From IMG/VR virus record IMGVR_UViG_3300000553_000004, positions 150,734 through 214,733 of that record: a DNA stretch of 64,000 bases; one strand, given 5' to 3'. Both the position numbers and the translations under genes were made by a program. Below are positions 1 through 12,558 of this stretch, in pieces; position 1 is the first letter of the stretch; every line of letters begins with the position of its first letter. The notes under the pieces are model-generated. The model had not been told where the DNA came from, made no database searches, and saw only the letters and a list, made by a program, of their open reading frames with translations.

Positions 1-267
1 CAGACCCCCGTGAAGATGGAAGATGCAATCAATACATTTCTTGAACAATTTCAAGGCGAAACCTCACATCTGAAACTTCTTCAAAGTCAATCCAACGCCG
101 AGGTAATAATTACAATCTTTTATTAATATGATTTATAAACTCTTAATGGCATTGAAGTGTTTCGTGTTCGGTGGTTGTTTCCATCAGTGGGATAAGTGGA
201 TTACGACAAGTTCCTGTTATCAACATAGATATTGCAAACTATGCAATAAAATGAGTGAAAGGGAAGT

Positions 268-699
268 ATGATTAATTTAAAAGTCAGTGTAGACGCCGCA
301 AAGGCATTACCTTTACAAACCCGAGTGGTTGAGTGTGTTACAAAATCATCCTCATTACATCCGACATTTGGAAAAATCACTTGTTGGCGTGGTGCGTTGA
401 AAGACGAATACTTTTACATTGTCTTCATCGGTGGTGTAGTTGTGGTGTCAGTCGCCGAGTGTGAATTTCAATTGGGTCAGATATCCGTGAACTACGCCGA
501 ATCTGAATCGTTGTTGAAGTCGGCAGAAATTATCAAGGCGGCAGATAAAGAATTTAAACAACAGTTACAATCCGATTACACCAACATTATTGCAAAACAA
601 GAACAGGACGAAATCACGTTTGACGATGTTATGATTATTCTCGATTGGAGATATGCTGACTTGGCCAGAGTTGATGAATCTGATTTGTTTGGAGTATAA
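268..699 (+). CDS. hypothetical protein
   Basis: 143-aa ORF with upstream purine-rich RBS (gaaaggg). Confidence 0.6.
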   Translation: MINLKVSVDAAKALPLQTRVVECVTKSSSLHPTFGKITCWRGALKDEYFYIVFIGGVVVVSVAECEFQLGQISVNYAESESLLKSAEIIKAADKEFKQQLQSDYTNIIAKQEQDEITFDDVMIILDWRYADLARVDESDLFGV

Positions 700-1012
700 T
701 CATTATGCCCCTCTTCATTCTCCTAATGGTTTTTGGTTGGGGTGGATTCAACGCATTTAGTGGATTCACTTGTTTTATTATTTGTCTTTGTACCGTGTTT
801 TGTTTTTCCTACGAAAAGTAACCTTTAAAAATTATGGCAACTGAATATGTAACAAATGTGGTGGTTAGTCATCACAACACTTGGACGTTGATTAAACACG
901 TCGCAGGTACAATCAATAAGACCGCGCCTATAAAATCGTTTGATACTAATTCATTCGGTTGGGAAAATAGAACACCGCTTGACAAAACTCCATAACATGA
1001 TAAACTGTTGAT

Positions 1013-1984
1013 ATGAAATTAGACCACATTGAAAATCTTTATAGGCCGGAAGCCCAAATCATCTTGATGTTTCGTGAGTGTTATGCCCTGGAAAAAATTC
1101 ATGGCACGGCGGCGGGGTTCTCATTCGACCAATCGACAAACGAAATTTCATTTCAATCTGGAGGCGAATCATATTCACGTTTCGTTTCTCTATTCAATCA
1201 AGAACAAATAATCCAAGGTATCAAGAATCTGGGAATTCCTGTTGACAAGATTATTGAAATTTATGGTGAGGCGTATGCAGGTAGCCAACAAGGAATGTCA
1301 CATACCTACGGAAAAACCTTAAAATTTATCGTTTTCGACGTTAAGATTGGAGATAATTTCTTGAATGTTCCTGACGCCGAGGATGTGGCAAAGAAACTCG
1401 GGTTGGAATTTGTTTACTATACCAAGGTTCCATTGATTCGAGCAGTTCAAAACGAATTGGGTATTTTAGTTACTGAAACCTATCTCGGTGGTATTGACGC
1501 ACAACGTGACTTACCGAGTATGCAGGCAGTTCGCAACGGAGTTTCTACGCCTGAAGCCTTTACAAAGGGCGAAGGCCCGAAACGTGAAGGTGTTGTTCTC
1601 CGCCCATTGGTTGAGATGACTCTGAACAACGGAAGTCGTATCATCACCAAACACAAGGGAGATGCGTTTAAGGAGACTGCCACCGCACGTCCTGTCGTCG
1701 ACCCGTCCAAACTGATTGTCTTGGAAGAGGCGACAGCCATCGCAAATGAATGGGTCACAAATCACCGATTGGGACATATTTTACAGAAAATCCAACCGGT
1801 CTATCTCAAAGGCGAAATTCCCATCTTTGATATGTCACAAATTCCACAAATAATCACGGCAATGACCAATGACGTGATTCGAGAAGCCGAAGGTGAAATC
1901 GTGGTATCTGACGCCGCTAAGAAAGCCATTGGCAAAAAGGCAGTCGAATTGTTCAGGGGATATCTGAATTCTCAAGTCAAGTAA
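1013..1984 (+). CDS. RNA ligase, Rnl2-like nucleotidyltransferase
   Basis: Motif I EKIHG, then EIYGE, FIVFDV, REGVVLRP, ITKHK; leaderless start after promoter at 977. Confidence 0.85.
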   Translation: MKLDHIENLYRPEAQIILMFRECYALEKIHGTAAGFSFDQSTNEISFQSGGESYSRFVSLFNQEQIIQGIKNLGIPVDKIIEIYGEAYAGSQQGMSHTYGKTLKFIVFDVKIGDNFLNVPDAEDVAKKLGLEFVYYTKVPLIRAVQNELGILVTETYLGGIDAQRDLPSMQAVRNGVSTPEAFTKGEGPKREGVVLRPLVEMTLNNGSRIITKHKGDAFKETATARPVVDPSKLIVLEEATAIANEWVTNHRLGHILQKIQPVYLKGEIPIFDMSQIPQIITAMTNDVIREAEGEIVVSDAAKKAIGKKAVELFRGYLNSQVK

Positions 1985-1985
1985 A

Positions 1986-2291
1986 ATGAGTAAGCCAAAA
2001 TTCAAAAGAGGTGAGACTGTAACCGTTCTTTCTAGGAAAAATTCCAAGGGAGAATGTTCGTGGGAGAATAATCATGTAGGCGGCAATGCTATTATCACCG
2101 GTGATAACAAACTGAAAAATAAGATTGACACATTATGTTATACTTTAGAATTACCACATCAATATTCTCTCCTTTTGTTAAATGAAGATGGTGGGCCTGA
2201 TAGGACGTGTAAATGGTTTGAGGAAAAATTTCTCGAATCATATTGTACAAATGTGGAGAGAGGATTGAAATTTCTTGAACCGTTGAATTAA
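1986..2291 (+). CDS. hypothetical protein (paralogous to 9559 and 9951)
   Basis: Shared KPKF(K)xG(E/Q)TV start and YC(T/S)NxxRG end. Confidence 0.65.
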   Translation: MSKPKFKRGETVTVLSRKNSKGECSWENNHVGGNAIITGDNKLKNKIDTLCYTLELPHQYSLLLLNEDGGPDRTCKWFEEKFLESYCTNVERGLKFLEPLN

Positions 2292-2407
2292 TTTATGTTA
2301 CTCACCGCTCTTATTATTGTGGTTATGTGTTGTCTTCTGTTTTCTTGTGAAGAATTTGGTGGATAACCAACGCTTGACTTATCGTGAGATGAGTATATTC
2401 TTTCTAT

Positions 2408-2926
2408 ATGGTAACAACACAACCACGGAACATCATCAGGTTTATCGATAGTGATATCGGTAAACAGGTAATATTTTCACCACACGAAGATTCTCTCCTT
2501 TATGAACGGTGGTTGGATGGGAAAGTTGGAACAATCAAGAAAATCAAAAATAGTCTATTTGACCAACAAATCACAGTTGATTTCAATTATCTTTTACAAT
2601 TTTCACCCACACCGAACATTCGTTCATCCGTTTTTAAAACTTCGGATAGAGATTCGGTTATTAAATCCATTGTTGGTAGAAAGATTACTTTTTGCCATGA
2701 GAAATCGAAGTGGAACACAGAACGGAATGTTCCCGTAAACGGTATGTTCCTCAGCGAAATTGGTGGTAGAGAATATGATTTTGTTGAAGAAAATGTTGTT
2801 GGTGGTAGTATCTATTTTGGTCTGAATACACCCACAACCGAGGTGAAGTTTGTTAATAGTTATTACCAATCGTCTCCTATTGGACCTGAATTCACCATCT
2901 CCGGCAACAATTTAATTTTCAAATAA
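2408..2926 (+). CDS. hypothetical protein
   Basis: ORF directly after promoter at 2372. Confidence 0.65.
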   Translation: MVTTQPRNIIRFIDSDIGKQVIFSPHEDSLLYERWLDGKVGTIKKIKNSLFDQQITVDFNYLLQFSPTPNIRSSVFKTSDRDSVIKSIVGRKITFCHEKSKWNTERNVPVNGMFLSEIGGREYDFVEENVVGGSIYFGLNTPTTEVKFVNSYYQSSPIGPEFTISGNNLIFK

Positions 2927-2927
2927 T

Positions 2928-3485
2928 ATGTCATACATTGTCGTTCGTGATTATTCACGCACAGATAAACAATATCTGTTGAAAGTCCTTTCAAGGAACA
3001 TGGTAAATCTCCAATCGGCAACCGATTGGGCGGATTCTATGAAGAAGTCGGACATTAGAGGCGCCAAGACAAGGAGACAGAAAAAACACCTTGAACACAC
3101 CGATTATTACGTTGTTCAAAGTGTTGAGGAAAATGTTGAAATAAAAGCAGAACGGTTGATGTTTCAGGGGCATAAAATTTCTTTCAGTATTGACGACCTC
3201 TCCACGGTCTGTGTGAGTGAGAAACATAACCAAAATACCGGCCTTACTCATATATTTGAGGGTCGTGGTAGAAGTATGAACGAGGCATTTGATGATTGCC
3301 GATTGAAAATTTGGGAATTGGAAGCAGTTATTCCTGCCGGTTGGCTCCGGTTGGCTCCTACGGATTTTGTTAAAACAACCGACAAAAAATTTAATGGTTA
3401 CTATTGGGTAACGGCGACGGATAGAAATGATTTGTGGAACATCAAATATCTTAATTATAAAACCTTGTTTATCCGAAAAGTATGA
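2928..3485 (+). CDS. hypothetical protein
   Basis: 185-aa ORF coupled to neighbours. Confidence 0.65.
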   Translation: MSYIVVRDYSRTDKQYLLKVLSRNMVNLQSATDWADSMKKSDIRGAKTRRQKKHLEHTDYYVVQSVEENVEIKAERLMFQGHKISFSIDDLSTVCVSEKHNQNTGLTHIFEGRGRSMNEAFDDCRLKIWELEAVIPAGWLRLAPTDFVKTTDKKFNGYYWVTATDRNDLWNIKYLNYKTLFIRKV

Positions 3486-3702
3486 AATTTGACAACAACT
3501 CGGGTCTGATAATCGAAGAACTTCGCAACGGCTTCTTGGGCCGTAAAGTCACCTATTTTCTCTGGCATGGTAAACGTCTCATCGCCACGTCGATTGATAG
3601 AACAAATTGGAAGATGGCTTCATGGGCGAATAAGGTTACTAATGTCAGCCTGAAACAAATCGATGATGGAATGTTCAAAGGATTGTCACAAACTATTGAC
3701 GT

Positions 3703-4083
3703 ATGAAAGTTAAAATAACATTTGAATTGGATTTGAAGGATACTCACTACAACATCAAAAAAGTGAAGTTGATTCCGGTTTGTTTGATGAATTTGGGTAT
3801 GTGGTTTTCCAAACTCAACTGTCACTATTTGTCAGATAAATGTGATAGGATAGTTGCCAACTCCGCCAAGGATTGCCCTTACAACGATGTAATGAAGAAG
3901 GCATTGTTGGAACAGGTCGACCAAAATATAACATTGAGTGGACAATTGTTTAACAATTACAGAATTGAAGGAATCACCGAAGACGGGTATAAATTTGAAT
4001 TTACTCACCAAGACCCCGGCTATAAGGAAAAAACTTTGGTCGATGGTGTTGAAGTTCATCTCGAATCGTATGACGGAGACTAA
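3703..4083 (+). CDS. hypothetical protein
   Basis: ATGA-coupled ORF. Confidence 0.6.
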   Translation: MKVKITFELDLKDTHYNIKKVKLIPVCLMNLGMWFSKLNCHYLSDKCDRIVANSAKDCPYNDVMKKALLEQVDQNITLSGQLFNNYRIEGITEDGYKFEFTHQDPGYKEKTLVDGVEVHLESYDGD

Positions 4084-5210
4084 CGCTTGACTTACTATAA
4101 CCATCTGATAATCTACCCACATGAAACGAGTTATTTACACCGGCGGGCCCATACGAGTTGAAGTCTGGAATCAAGGACAACAGCCTGATTACAATCTGAC
4201 TTACGGTATGACAGGCGAATACATCGGCAATACATTTATTCCCGATGACAAGGAATGTCCTTCCTTTAACATCAAGTCGAAACATTTTTATTTCCCCAGA
4301 CGATAATTGTATGAAATTGAAAATTGGAGATGTGGTAGAATTGAAAATCACCAGAGAACTGCAGGTGGTTATCGATGTCCCTTCATCTGACCGAATCGAT
4401 ATCAGACCGCTTGGGACTGATAAGGGGAAAGTTGGAATCCCTAATTATTGGGTAAAACGGGTGGTTACTGAAATTAAATAATTTATGAGTTCCAAACTAA
4501 AAAGAACCGTTGATATAAAATTTACAGTTGATTACTGTGTATATTATATCGGCGGTGGAAAGCTCATTGCGTCGACTGCTGCTCCGACACGTTCAATATT
4601 GTTAAAAGGAATGAAGACAATTCGTGAACGGTACAAAGACGAGGCAGAAATCATAACATTTGAATCAATCAAAAAGAATGTGACGACGAAAGAGGCGAAA
4701 GGAAAATACACCGTATTCAGACCGGCCTCAATGACTCACGATAATTTAAAAAAGTTTTACAACGAAGTCTAATTTATGTGGAAATTCAAATTCACCAAAC
4801 CCAAACCTGTGTTGAGTGTTGCGCCCGAGACAGTAGTGGCCGAGGCGTCTACGATAAACATTGATTGTGTGTATCTATCCATACTTAATGATTTGGAACC
4901 GGCAAATGTTAATGATTGGGCCTGTAACCATAATTGGTATGGAAACCAAAGAAAAGGTTATATAATCTTATGCAATTCAGACCTTAAAACCGCAACTGTG
5001 GCTAGGATGTTTAATAATATTTTTACCACATCACAAGAACGGACAATTTACAAAAAGTGTAAGGATATGGAACGTCTAAAAGACGAAGAAAAATCGATTC
5101 GTGACCATCTAGCAGACCTTGAAACCTTAAAATCCAATTTTCCTCATTGTGTCTCACCGACAACCAAGTGACGCTTGACAATTCTTAAACATCAACTATA
5201 ATTTTAATAC

Positions 5211-5909
5211 ATGAAAACATTACTCATTACCTCACTGTTAGTTCTCGTCGCCCTCACAACTGTTCCGGCAGTTCGAGCGGAAGTCAATCCTGTCTCTGTC
5301 GTTACCAACGCAGTCGAACAGGCCAAACGAGCGGTTGCCCAAGCCCAATCAGCCTTGGCATCCATTCAATCGTTGACAGGCGTCGTTATCTCGACGAACC
5401 AAACGGTTGTGTCAACCAATGCCACACAAGTCGCCACGACTAACGGAGTCAAGGCCACCATCAATGAGGCAGTCATCGATATTCTTCACGGTGTCACCAC
5501 GGCGAGTAGTGACATCTATCAGGCATCCAAAACGGCGATTACAAAGGCGGTGGATTTCACTATGACCGAAACTCCGATTGTGGTCAAAGAGTTTCTCCAT
5601 TGGAAAATGGCGGAGGCAATTGTCTACGCCGTCGCTTGGTCTGTCCCCGCCTTCGTCCTATTGTTTGTCGCGCGGGCTTTCAACAAACGTAGTCAGTCGG
5701 TGGAAGTTCCGGCCTCATCCAGAGACAAGACCGACCAAAACGATTACTCCGTCTTGAAGTGGGTATTCCGTAGTCTTGCCGCCTTGGCGTTCATGTATAT
5801 CTTGGTCAATCAGGGGATGGTTATCACGAAGATTGCCTTGGCTCCCCGAGTGTATCTCATTGAATACGTGGTTAGTACGGTTCATAATGGTGTTCCGCCG
5901 AGTCAATAA
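5211..5909 (+). CDS. secreted/membrane protein
   Basis: Signal peptide (…VRA), TN-rich linker, two TM helices; own promoter; terminator downstream. Confidence 0.75.
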   Translation: MKTLLITSLLVLVALTTVPAVRAEVNPVSVVTNAVEQAKRAVAQAQSALASIQSLTGVVISTNQTVVSTNATQVATTNGVKATINEAVIDILHGVTTASSDIYQASKTAITKAVDFTMTETPIVVKEFLHWKMAEAIVYAVAWSVPAFVLLFVARAFNKRSQSVEVPASSRDKTDQNDYSVLKWVFRSLAALAFMYILVNQGMVITKIALAPRVYLIEYVVSTVHNGVPPSQ

Positions 5910-5951
5910 AACTTTTGGTGTATGTTTGTTCTGCTGTAAGTTTGTTCGCAG

Positions 5952-5987
5952 AAATCCCGTAGGTTGAAAAACTTACGGGGTTTTTGT
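5952..5987 (+). terminator. Rho-independent terminator
   Basis: cccgtagg…cttacggg followed by T-run. Confidence 0.75.
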
Positions 5988-7953
5988 TTATATAGAGTCA
6001 CGCTTGACTTATTTTAATCCTCTGATAGTATTGTTATATGAAACGGACTTCCACAAAAACCAAACCACAAAGAATGTCTGGCTTCATGTCGGTATTGCCG
6101 ACTCGACGAATCGTTCATGTCAAAATCATAAACATCAACAGCGGCGAATATCCATTCCAAGTTGTATTGGTGGAAGACGACAAAGTGGTAGCAGAAGATT
6201 TTGAATTTTTCTTCGTGGCAGACCCATCATTAGTTAAACTTTATCCGACCCGAGAATCTGCCGTTCACGGTGAACTTGAACGGTTACACGAAGAATACAG
6301 TAAAGAACGTCGGAAGTTGAGAATTCAACAGCAGAGATACAAGTGGGCATTACGTCAGGTTGAAGATTACAAACACTTCGACGAATTGCAAAATCCAATC
6401 TTTACACAATAAAATATGAAACCCGTTAAATTTGAATCATTTCACAAATCACACCAGCGAATTTTTGGAAGTAAACCCACCTTCCGAGAAATGGCATTAG
6501 GCGATGGAATTAACAGACACCAACGCCGTGTGATTAATACGGAGAATGTGAGTGAGGCGGTTATCACCAGAACCAAACCTACCAAATCTAAAAAGAAAAC
6601 TCTTTGTCCCCACTGCGCCACGACCAATTTGATTAAGGTGGATGCGTACAGCAATGAATGTACTAATTGTGGTTGGAATGAGTTGAGTTGATATGAATAT
6701 CAAAGTAATAAATCTTGTAGAATTTGAAGCCATCGTAAGGGCCAAATTGAAACACAATTGGGACAGAGACATCAAACAACATCAGACTTGTAATTTGATT
6801 GGATACTTGATGACGTCAGGCTTTCCTAAATTGGATGTCAACAACTTTGGTGTATTTCTCAAATCATTACAAGAATCAATCGTCATAGACTCCGTGGCCG
6901 TGGATTTGAATGATGCTACATATTACTATCTAATCAACGGAACTTCACAAGGATTAATCAAGAAATCCGATGTTCAGCCAGTGTGAAATCGTGAAGGCTT
7001 GACTTATTTCATAGGTCTGATAAATTAACTCCAATGAACGAAGAACCAACACCGACAAAAAACGTAGAAAAAGTGACGAACTTTCTATTTTATTACGATT
7101 GTATTCCAGAGACAAATGCAATTCGTCTTAAATTATTGAATTTGGCAGAAATTATTCAAATCAATAAATACGATTTTGTGTTTCAGATGCCTACCGTTCA
7201 CGTCATGGACACCACCAAAAATGTTAAACCGACTATCGAAAAGTATATTAATTGGAGAGGTAAAGAACGTGAACGGGAAGTGTATCCTAAACCTAAACCA
7301 TTCCCATACGCACATTATTTGGTATTTTCCTCACCATTAACAGAAAAAGAATTGGAATTTTGGAGAATTTTTAAATTGGGATATTTATCCCATCGATGCG
7401 GAGTTTATTTATGAAACCTATTAGTCAAAGAGTGGCCGAGAAATTGGAACGAGAAAGAAAGGAACGTATGAGACGTTCTACCGGAGAAAAACGGTATAAA
7501 TCTTTTAGTATTCCACTATACGGATACCCCTACATTGAGACTGAGGGTGATATTCTATTTCTAAAGATGCAGGCCAAGAAATTTGTCGATACGTGTGTAC
7601 ATTTCGCTCCATCTCAATTTTTGCAACTGGTGAAAGATGCCATTCACGAAAAAGAAGAGAACGAGATTACACGGAGAAACACTCCGCCGGTGCCGGAGGT
7701 GTTGTTGATGTCGCCCACTGTGTCGGCATACACAGAACCGACTGTAGCTCCACTGACAGAAGAACAGTTGAATGATTTATCTGAACTATCTGACGCATTA
7801 CGTTCTAATAGAAGTGTCCCCGAGACTCCTCTACCGTCTAGTGTACTACGAGCCACATCCAACTTAGGTGACTATTACACGAGTGCGGCAATCCATTACA
7901 CAGCCATAGGGTGAGAGGCTTGACTTGTTATAATACTGTGTTAGATTGTTGTT

Positions 7954-8292
7954 ATGAAAATTTCACGTTGGCCATCAAATATTATCGACTTTATTCGTAG
8001 TATCGACTTGATTGGGGTTATGATTATCGTTGCCATTATCGGTCTACAGGCGGCGATGCTGCTGCCGGCTTTGGCGAAAGCTAAAGAAAAAGCCAAGAAG
8101 AATAGAGTCATCGAACGGCAGAGAGTAAAATATGGGACGTTCGCCATTGGTGATGTCGTATTTGTCAAGAGTATAAACGTCAAGGGTGGTATCAACAACA
8201 TTGACGGCGATTACATGGATATTTTGACTATTGGTAAGGATGGTCAACCGACGATTCTTAAAGGTATTAACGTATCACTGATAACCAAATGA
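7954..8292 (+). CDS. protein with prepilin-like N-terminal helix
   Basis: LIGVMIIVAIIGLQAAMLLPALAKAKEKA resembles the PVC prepilin-type N-terminal segment. Confidence 0.7.
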   Translation: MKISRWPSNIIDFIRSIDLIGVMIIVAIIGLQAAMLLPALAKAKEKAKKNRVIERQRVKYGTFAIGDVVFVKSINVKGGINNIDGDYMDILTIGKDGQPTILKGINVSLITK

Positions 8293-8474
8293 ATAAAATC
8301 ATTTTCAATGAAGAATCTTGGCCTTATACCGGCAGAAAAGTTCCTGAGGGAGTTCAATTGTCGGTGAGATTTCCTTGTGATAACAAGGGTAAGACGTCAA
8401 GTTGGAAAGACCTTTGTTGGTATAATTCCACAAGGGATATCTGGATTTATCTGTCAACGTTACCTAAATAATTT

Positions 8475-8987
8475 ATGAAAACTAAAATCAAAGACTTTTT
8501 TATCAAAATCGGCAATCTTATTGTAATATCTACCCTCATTGGTATCACAGGATGTATCATCTTTGCCGTGTGGGTCGGAGCGGTCATCAATTCTGTTCTT
8601 GATTGGATTGTCGCCGGTGATGGTTGTAGCCATAATACCACGAAACCAACAACGGAATATATTGAACTATCTCCCAAAGCGATTCCAACTGGCGAACAGG
8701 TTGAATCGGCCTTCGTCAAGAAAGAATTGCCCACCGCATATTCACCGACTGACAATCCCTTATATCAGATGCAAAAGGACTACGACGAGTGGAAGGCCAA
8801 ACCGAAGGTTGGACTTGAAGTTGTTTTCAAGGCGGTGGACGATTCAAACGTCAGAATGTCGGACGCAAAATCTAAAATGGAACGAATTCTGGCTGCTCAG
8901 AAGAACCGTCGTATTCTCCGTGATAGTAAGGGTAGATTTATTAAAGGTACTGGAGTTTCGTTTAGTAAACGTTTCAAAGCCAACTAA
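8475..8987 (+). CDS. membrane-anchored hypothetical protein
   Basis: N-terminal TM; C-terminal RDSKGRF motif. Confidence 0.6.
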   Translation: MKTKIKDFFIKIGNLIVISTLIGITGCIIFAVWVGAVINSVLDWIVAGDGCSHNTTKPTTEYIELSPKAIPTGEQVESAFVKKELPTAYSPTDNPLYQMQKDYDEWKAKPKVGLEVVFKAVDDSNVRMSDAKSKMERILAAQKNRRILRDSKGRFIKGTGVSFSKRFKAN

Positions 8988-8997
8988 CATCATCGTT

Positions 8998-9288
8998 ATG
9001 GAAATGTACAGTATAAACATAAATGAAAGTAAAACCGAAATATTTCGGGTGTTGACAATTCTATTTTCTAAAGGTTATGTGTTTTCGGATAATAGAATTA
9101 ACACGATTGGACAGTTTGACCGGAGTTACGGTGGTGATTCGTTTTCTTATTGGCTGTATTTAGTTATAGGTTCCGAACGGGCGAATGGATGTAAGGTACA
9201 AATGCACGCATTCACCAGTCATCAGATGGGCAGTACGACCGTCGCGGTTGAGGATTTTGTAAATAAAATTCATGAAAAAGAAATATAA
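8998..9288 (+). CDS. ~100-aa paralogue family member 1
   Basis: LFSKGYVF…GCK pattern shared with 9272, 14332, 14637, 14955, 15229, 15863; start moved to MEMYS. Confidence 0.65.
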   Translation: MEMYSININESKTEIFRVLTILFSKGYVFSDNRINTIGQFDRSYGGDSFSYWLYLVIGSERANGCKVQMHAFTSHQMGSTTVAVEDFVNKIHEKEI

Positions 9289-9562
9289 AATAAAATTGAC
9301 GACTAATAATGTAAAGGAAATCATTACGACTTTACTTGGAGTCCATAGTTTCGTTTTTAACCTTGAGAGATATAGAACGTGGGAGTCGGTGGAACTTGAA
9401 ATTATCAAATCTGATAAGGGATTACGTTGGCCTTGGATTCTTTTGGGTTATACTGATAGATGTAGTAAGACGATAATACCGTCGAGGGTTGATTGGGATG
9501 GCCTTGATGATTACAAGGAAATAACTCTTGACGAATTTATTAAAAAGGAATTGACAGTATGA
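9272..9562 (+). CDS. ~100-aa paralogue family member 2
   Basis: YKIKL…FVF…RC…ITLDEF. Confidence 0.65.
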   Translation: MKKKYKIKLTTNNVKEIITTLLGVHSFVFNLERYRTWESVELEIIKSDKGLRWPWILLGYTDRCSKTIIPSRVDWDGLDDYKEITLDEFIKKELTV

Positions 9563-10350
9563 GTTGCATTATTAAACCGGCGGTTATATGTGAGACGGCC
9601 ACATACCAACCAAAATTTAAACTAGGACAGACTGTTAATGTCAATACTAAGTGGGATGCTGACATGACCGATGATGATTCGTTGTTTGTTATAGGAACTC
9701 ATTTAGAATTAAAAAAGTGGATAACGTCCTTGGAGGCTTCCGGCGATTCATATGATAATTCAGATACGACGCATACATTATATTTGACTTATTATATCCG
9801 AGGCGACTATTGCCAATGGAGCTGGGAAGAATCATTGATATTATATTGTAGTAATGAGGCTAGAGGCAAAAAAATATTAGCTAGTGACATAGACAAGGCG
9901 TTTCGCACATTCACCTACACCGATTTTGAGAAATTTAAAAAAGAGTATCTATGCCAACCGTAACCACACAATTTGTCCGCCCTATAATCGGCGTTCCGTC
10001 GCCATATAAACCAAAATATATGACGGGTCAGACGATTGAGATTAAAAATTCAATCAGACCACAATTCGAAATAATCATAGCAACATACTACCAAGTATCA
10101 AAGGTATATTCATCACTACAAAGCGGCCGTTTCGACGATTCATGTTCCAATCGCACATTATACATCACATATAACCAAGAAATGTCGACGTGTGGGTGTC
10201 AGTGGGAAGTTGATTGTGAACTTTATTGTAGTAATACCAATCTGTTACAGTCGGATAAATATTTCAACAAATCAACAATGAGTTATTGGGGTTGGTCGGT
10301 TGGATATGTGACAGATGATGGCGGAATTAACATAATCACTCCATAACACA

Positions 10351-10647
10351 ATGAAAACCAACGCATTCAGTTTAATTGAAACATTGGTGGTAATCGCAAT
10401 CGTGATTTATCTCACATCGGCATTGTCGCTTTGGAACTATTTCCGAATTGTTCATGGCAGAGACGGTGCGTGGTCACACTCGACTCCAGACACGGCTGAT
10501 GTTTTTGTCACACTCATTCCGGTAGTCAATACAGCGTTCTCTTTTCTATTTTGGACGTCATCGCCTCGTAGAGATGGACGTGGGTTTTATTTGAATTTTA
10601 ATAAGATTAATAAAATAATCACAAAATTATTTTGTGTAAAGAAGTGA
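10351..10647 (+). CDS. membrane protein with pilin-like N-terminus
   Basis: MKTNAFSLIETLVVIAI matches class III signal peptide pattern (A/G-F-S/T-L-I-E). Confidence 0.7.
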   Translation: MKTNAFSLIETLVVIAIVIYLTSALSLWNYFRIVHGRDGAWSHSTPDTADVFVTLIPVVNTAFSFLFWTSSPRRDGRGFYLNFNKINKIITKLFCVKK

Positions 10648-12558
10648 AAACTTTAATATCATGACAATTACCAAAGATACAACTGTGACAGTGGTGGATG
10701 GAAACTTCAAAATATTGATGGGGCCTGCTCTAACCACCTTCTACGCCAAGGAAAACACAGGCAGTGAAAACTCAAAGTTTGTGTTACGAACCAACGGTGA
10801 GATTGACAGACTGATAACGATGTTACAGGCAGCTAAAGAGACGATGAAACTGATTATCGTCGCATCTTGAAATATGAACTTTATATTAACATACTTAATG
10901 GTTTTTTTAATCATCGCCGTCATTCTTACAATATCATTTGGCTTGGTCGTTGGTACAATCAGTGGAGTGATGTATTTAATTGCCCACAACCATCCAATTT
11001 GGGCAGTTTTGTTCGCCATAGCCGTTGTATCACTCATCACAACCACGGTAATTGGATTGATTTGGTGAAGCCAAGAAACAATTTGACGATGCTAAAAAAG
11101 AAGACTTAGATTCATTCGGCCATTCTTGGATACCTCAAAGACATACACCCAAGAACATATAACAATTAAATACACATGAAAATTCAAGTAACCATAAAGG
11201 GTAAGGAGATTAAAGTAGAATCTTCAATCTTGTCATACATGCTCACCGCTCACAGTCTCGGTCTTCGAGATTGGGTAGAGTCAGAAAAGAATGGATTTAT
11301 TAAAGGTTTAACCAACGGAGTTGACCGTGAGACAGCAGAAAGAAATCTTGGGTATTTGTATGATGCATTGGATACGATTGCAAGTCACCGAGATGCCAAC
11401 GATAAACTTAAAAAGATTTTGGATGAGGCGTGTAACACCGTTTCCGAAGCTTAGAAATACATTTAATATGAAAAAACGAGCCAGAGACATTAACATTGGT
11501 GATACAGTCAAATTTGAAGTGGTAACGGCGATTGAAATCACTCCGAGAGGTAAATACGTATTCAAATCGGAACGTTGTTATCAATCAGGCGGCATTATGG
11601 GAGCTGGTATCAATCCTGAACAGTGGGTTTCTTTAAATAATTTTGAATTCTTGGATGCTCTCGAAGGAACCGAAATTTCCAAAGGCGGTTATGATGAAGA
11701 ATATAATTCATACCTATACCGAATCTTTGAACATAAGGGTAAGTTCTATAAATTTGAATATGTCAATGGCGAAATGTACAAATCCTACGAAGTCAAAAAG
11801 ACAAGTTGGATGGAGTATAAATGTGATTGGGTAGAAGTATGAAAAAGAAATTCAGCGTGACAATGAACTGGCAAATCTTTATGTCACTCGCCATGGTAAC
11901 ATACAAAGATATTGAGGCTAAAGACGTGGAAGAAGCCAAGGAGATTGCCTTGAATCGATTCAATACATTACACAACTGGACAGAAGGATGGGTTCAACAA
12001 GTTGAAGAATTGTGACGCTTGACCAACGAACCATTTGTGGTAATATAACAACATGAAAACTTTATCGACAAAATACCACACTCTGAACGGCGGTATTCCT
12101 ACCAAGACGCCGGCCAATGTAGGTGAAAATAGTATAGGCATGGACACTGGCTGTCAACGGAATTGGTTGCATTTGTGGATTGGACATCACAGACCTGCCA
12201 CGAAAAAAGAAAAGAAAGATGGTATGGAAGATGACATTTGGGTATCCGAGTCTGTTCATTTGTCCCGTGAAGATGCTCAACACTTAGTTGATGAAATCAA
12301 TGAGCGGTTATTCTAAAATATATCATTTGGTTTTAGAAACCGCCGGTAAGACAAAATGAAAACTATAACAATACATGAGGGTTGAACGTATATACGTTTT
12401 TATGAATATTAAATGTGACATGACAGAGAAGGAATACGCCGCTTGGATTTGTAAAATGATTATGGATGAACTTGAGGAACGGACAGGGAAAAGATGGCCA
12501 CCACGTATAACCGTGAAAGAGGGCTTGACCAATGAAATAAATTTGGTAGGATAAAGGT

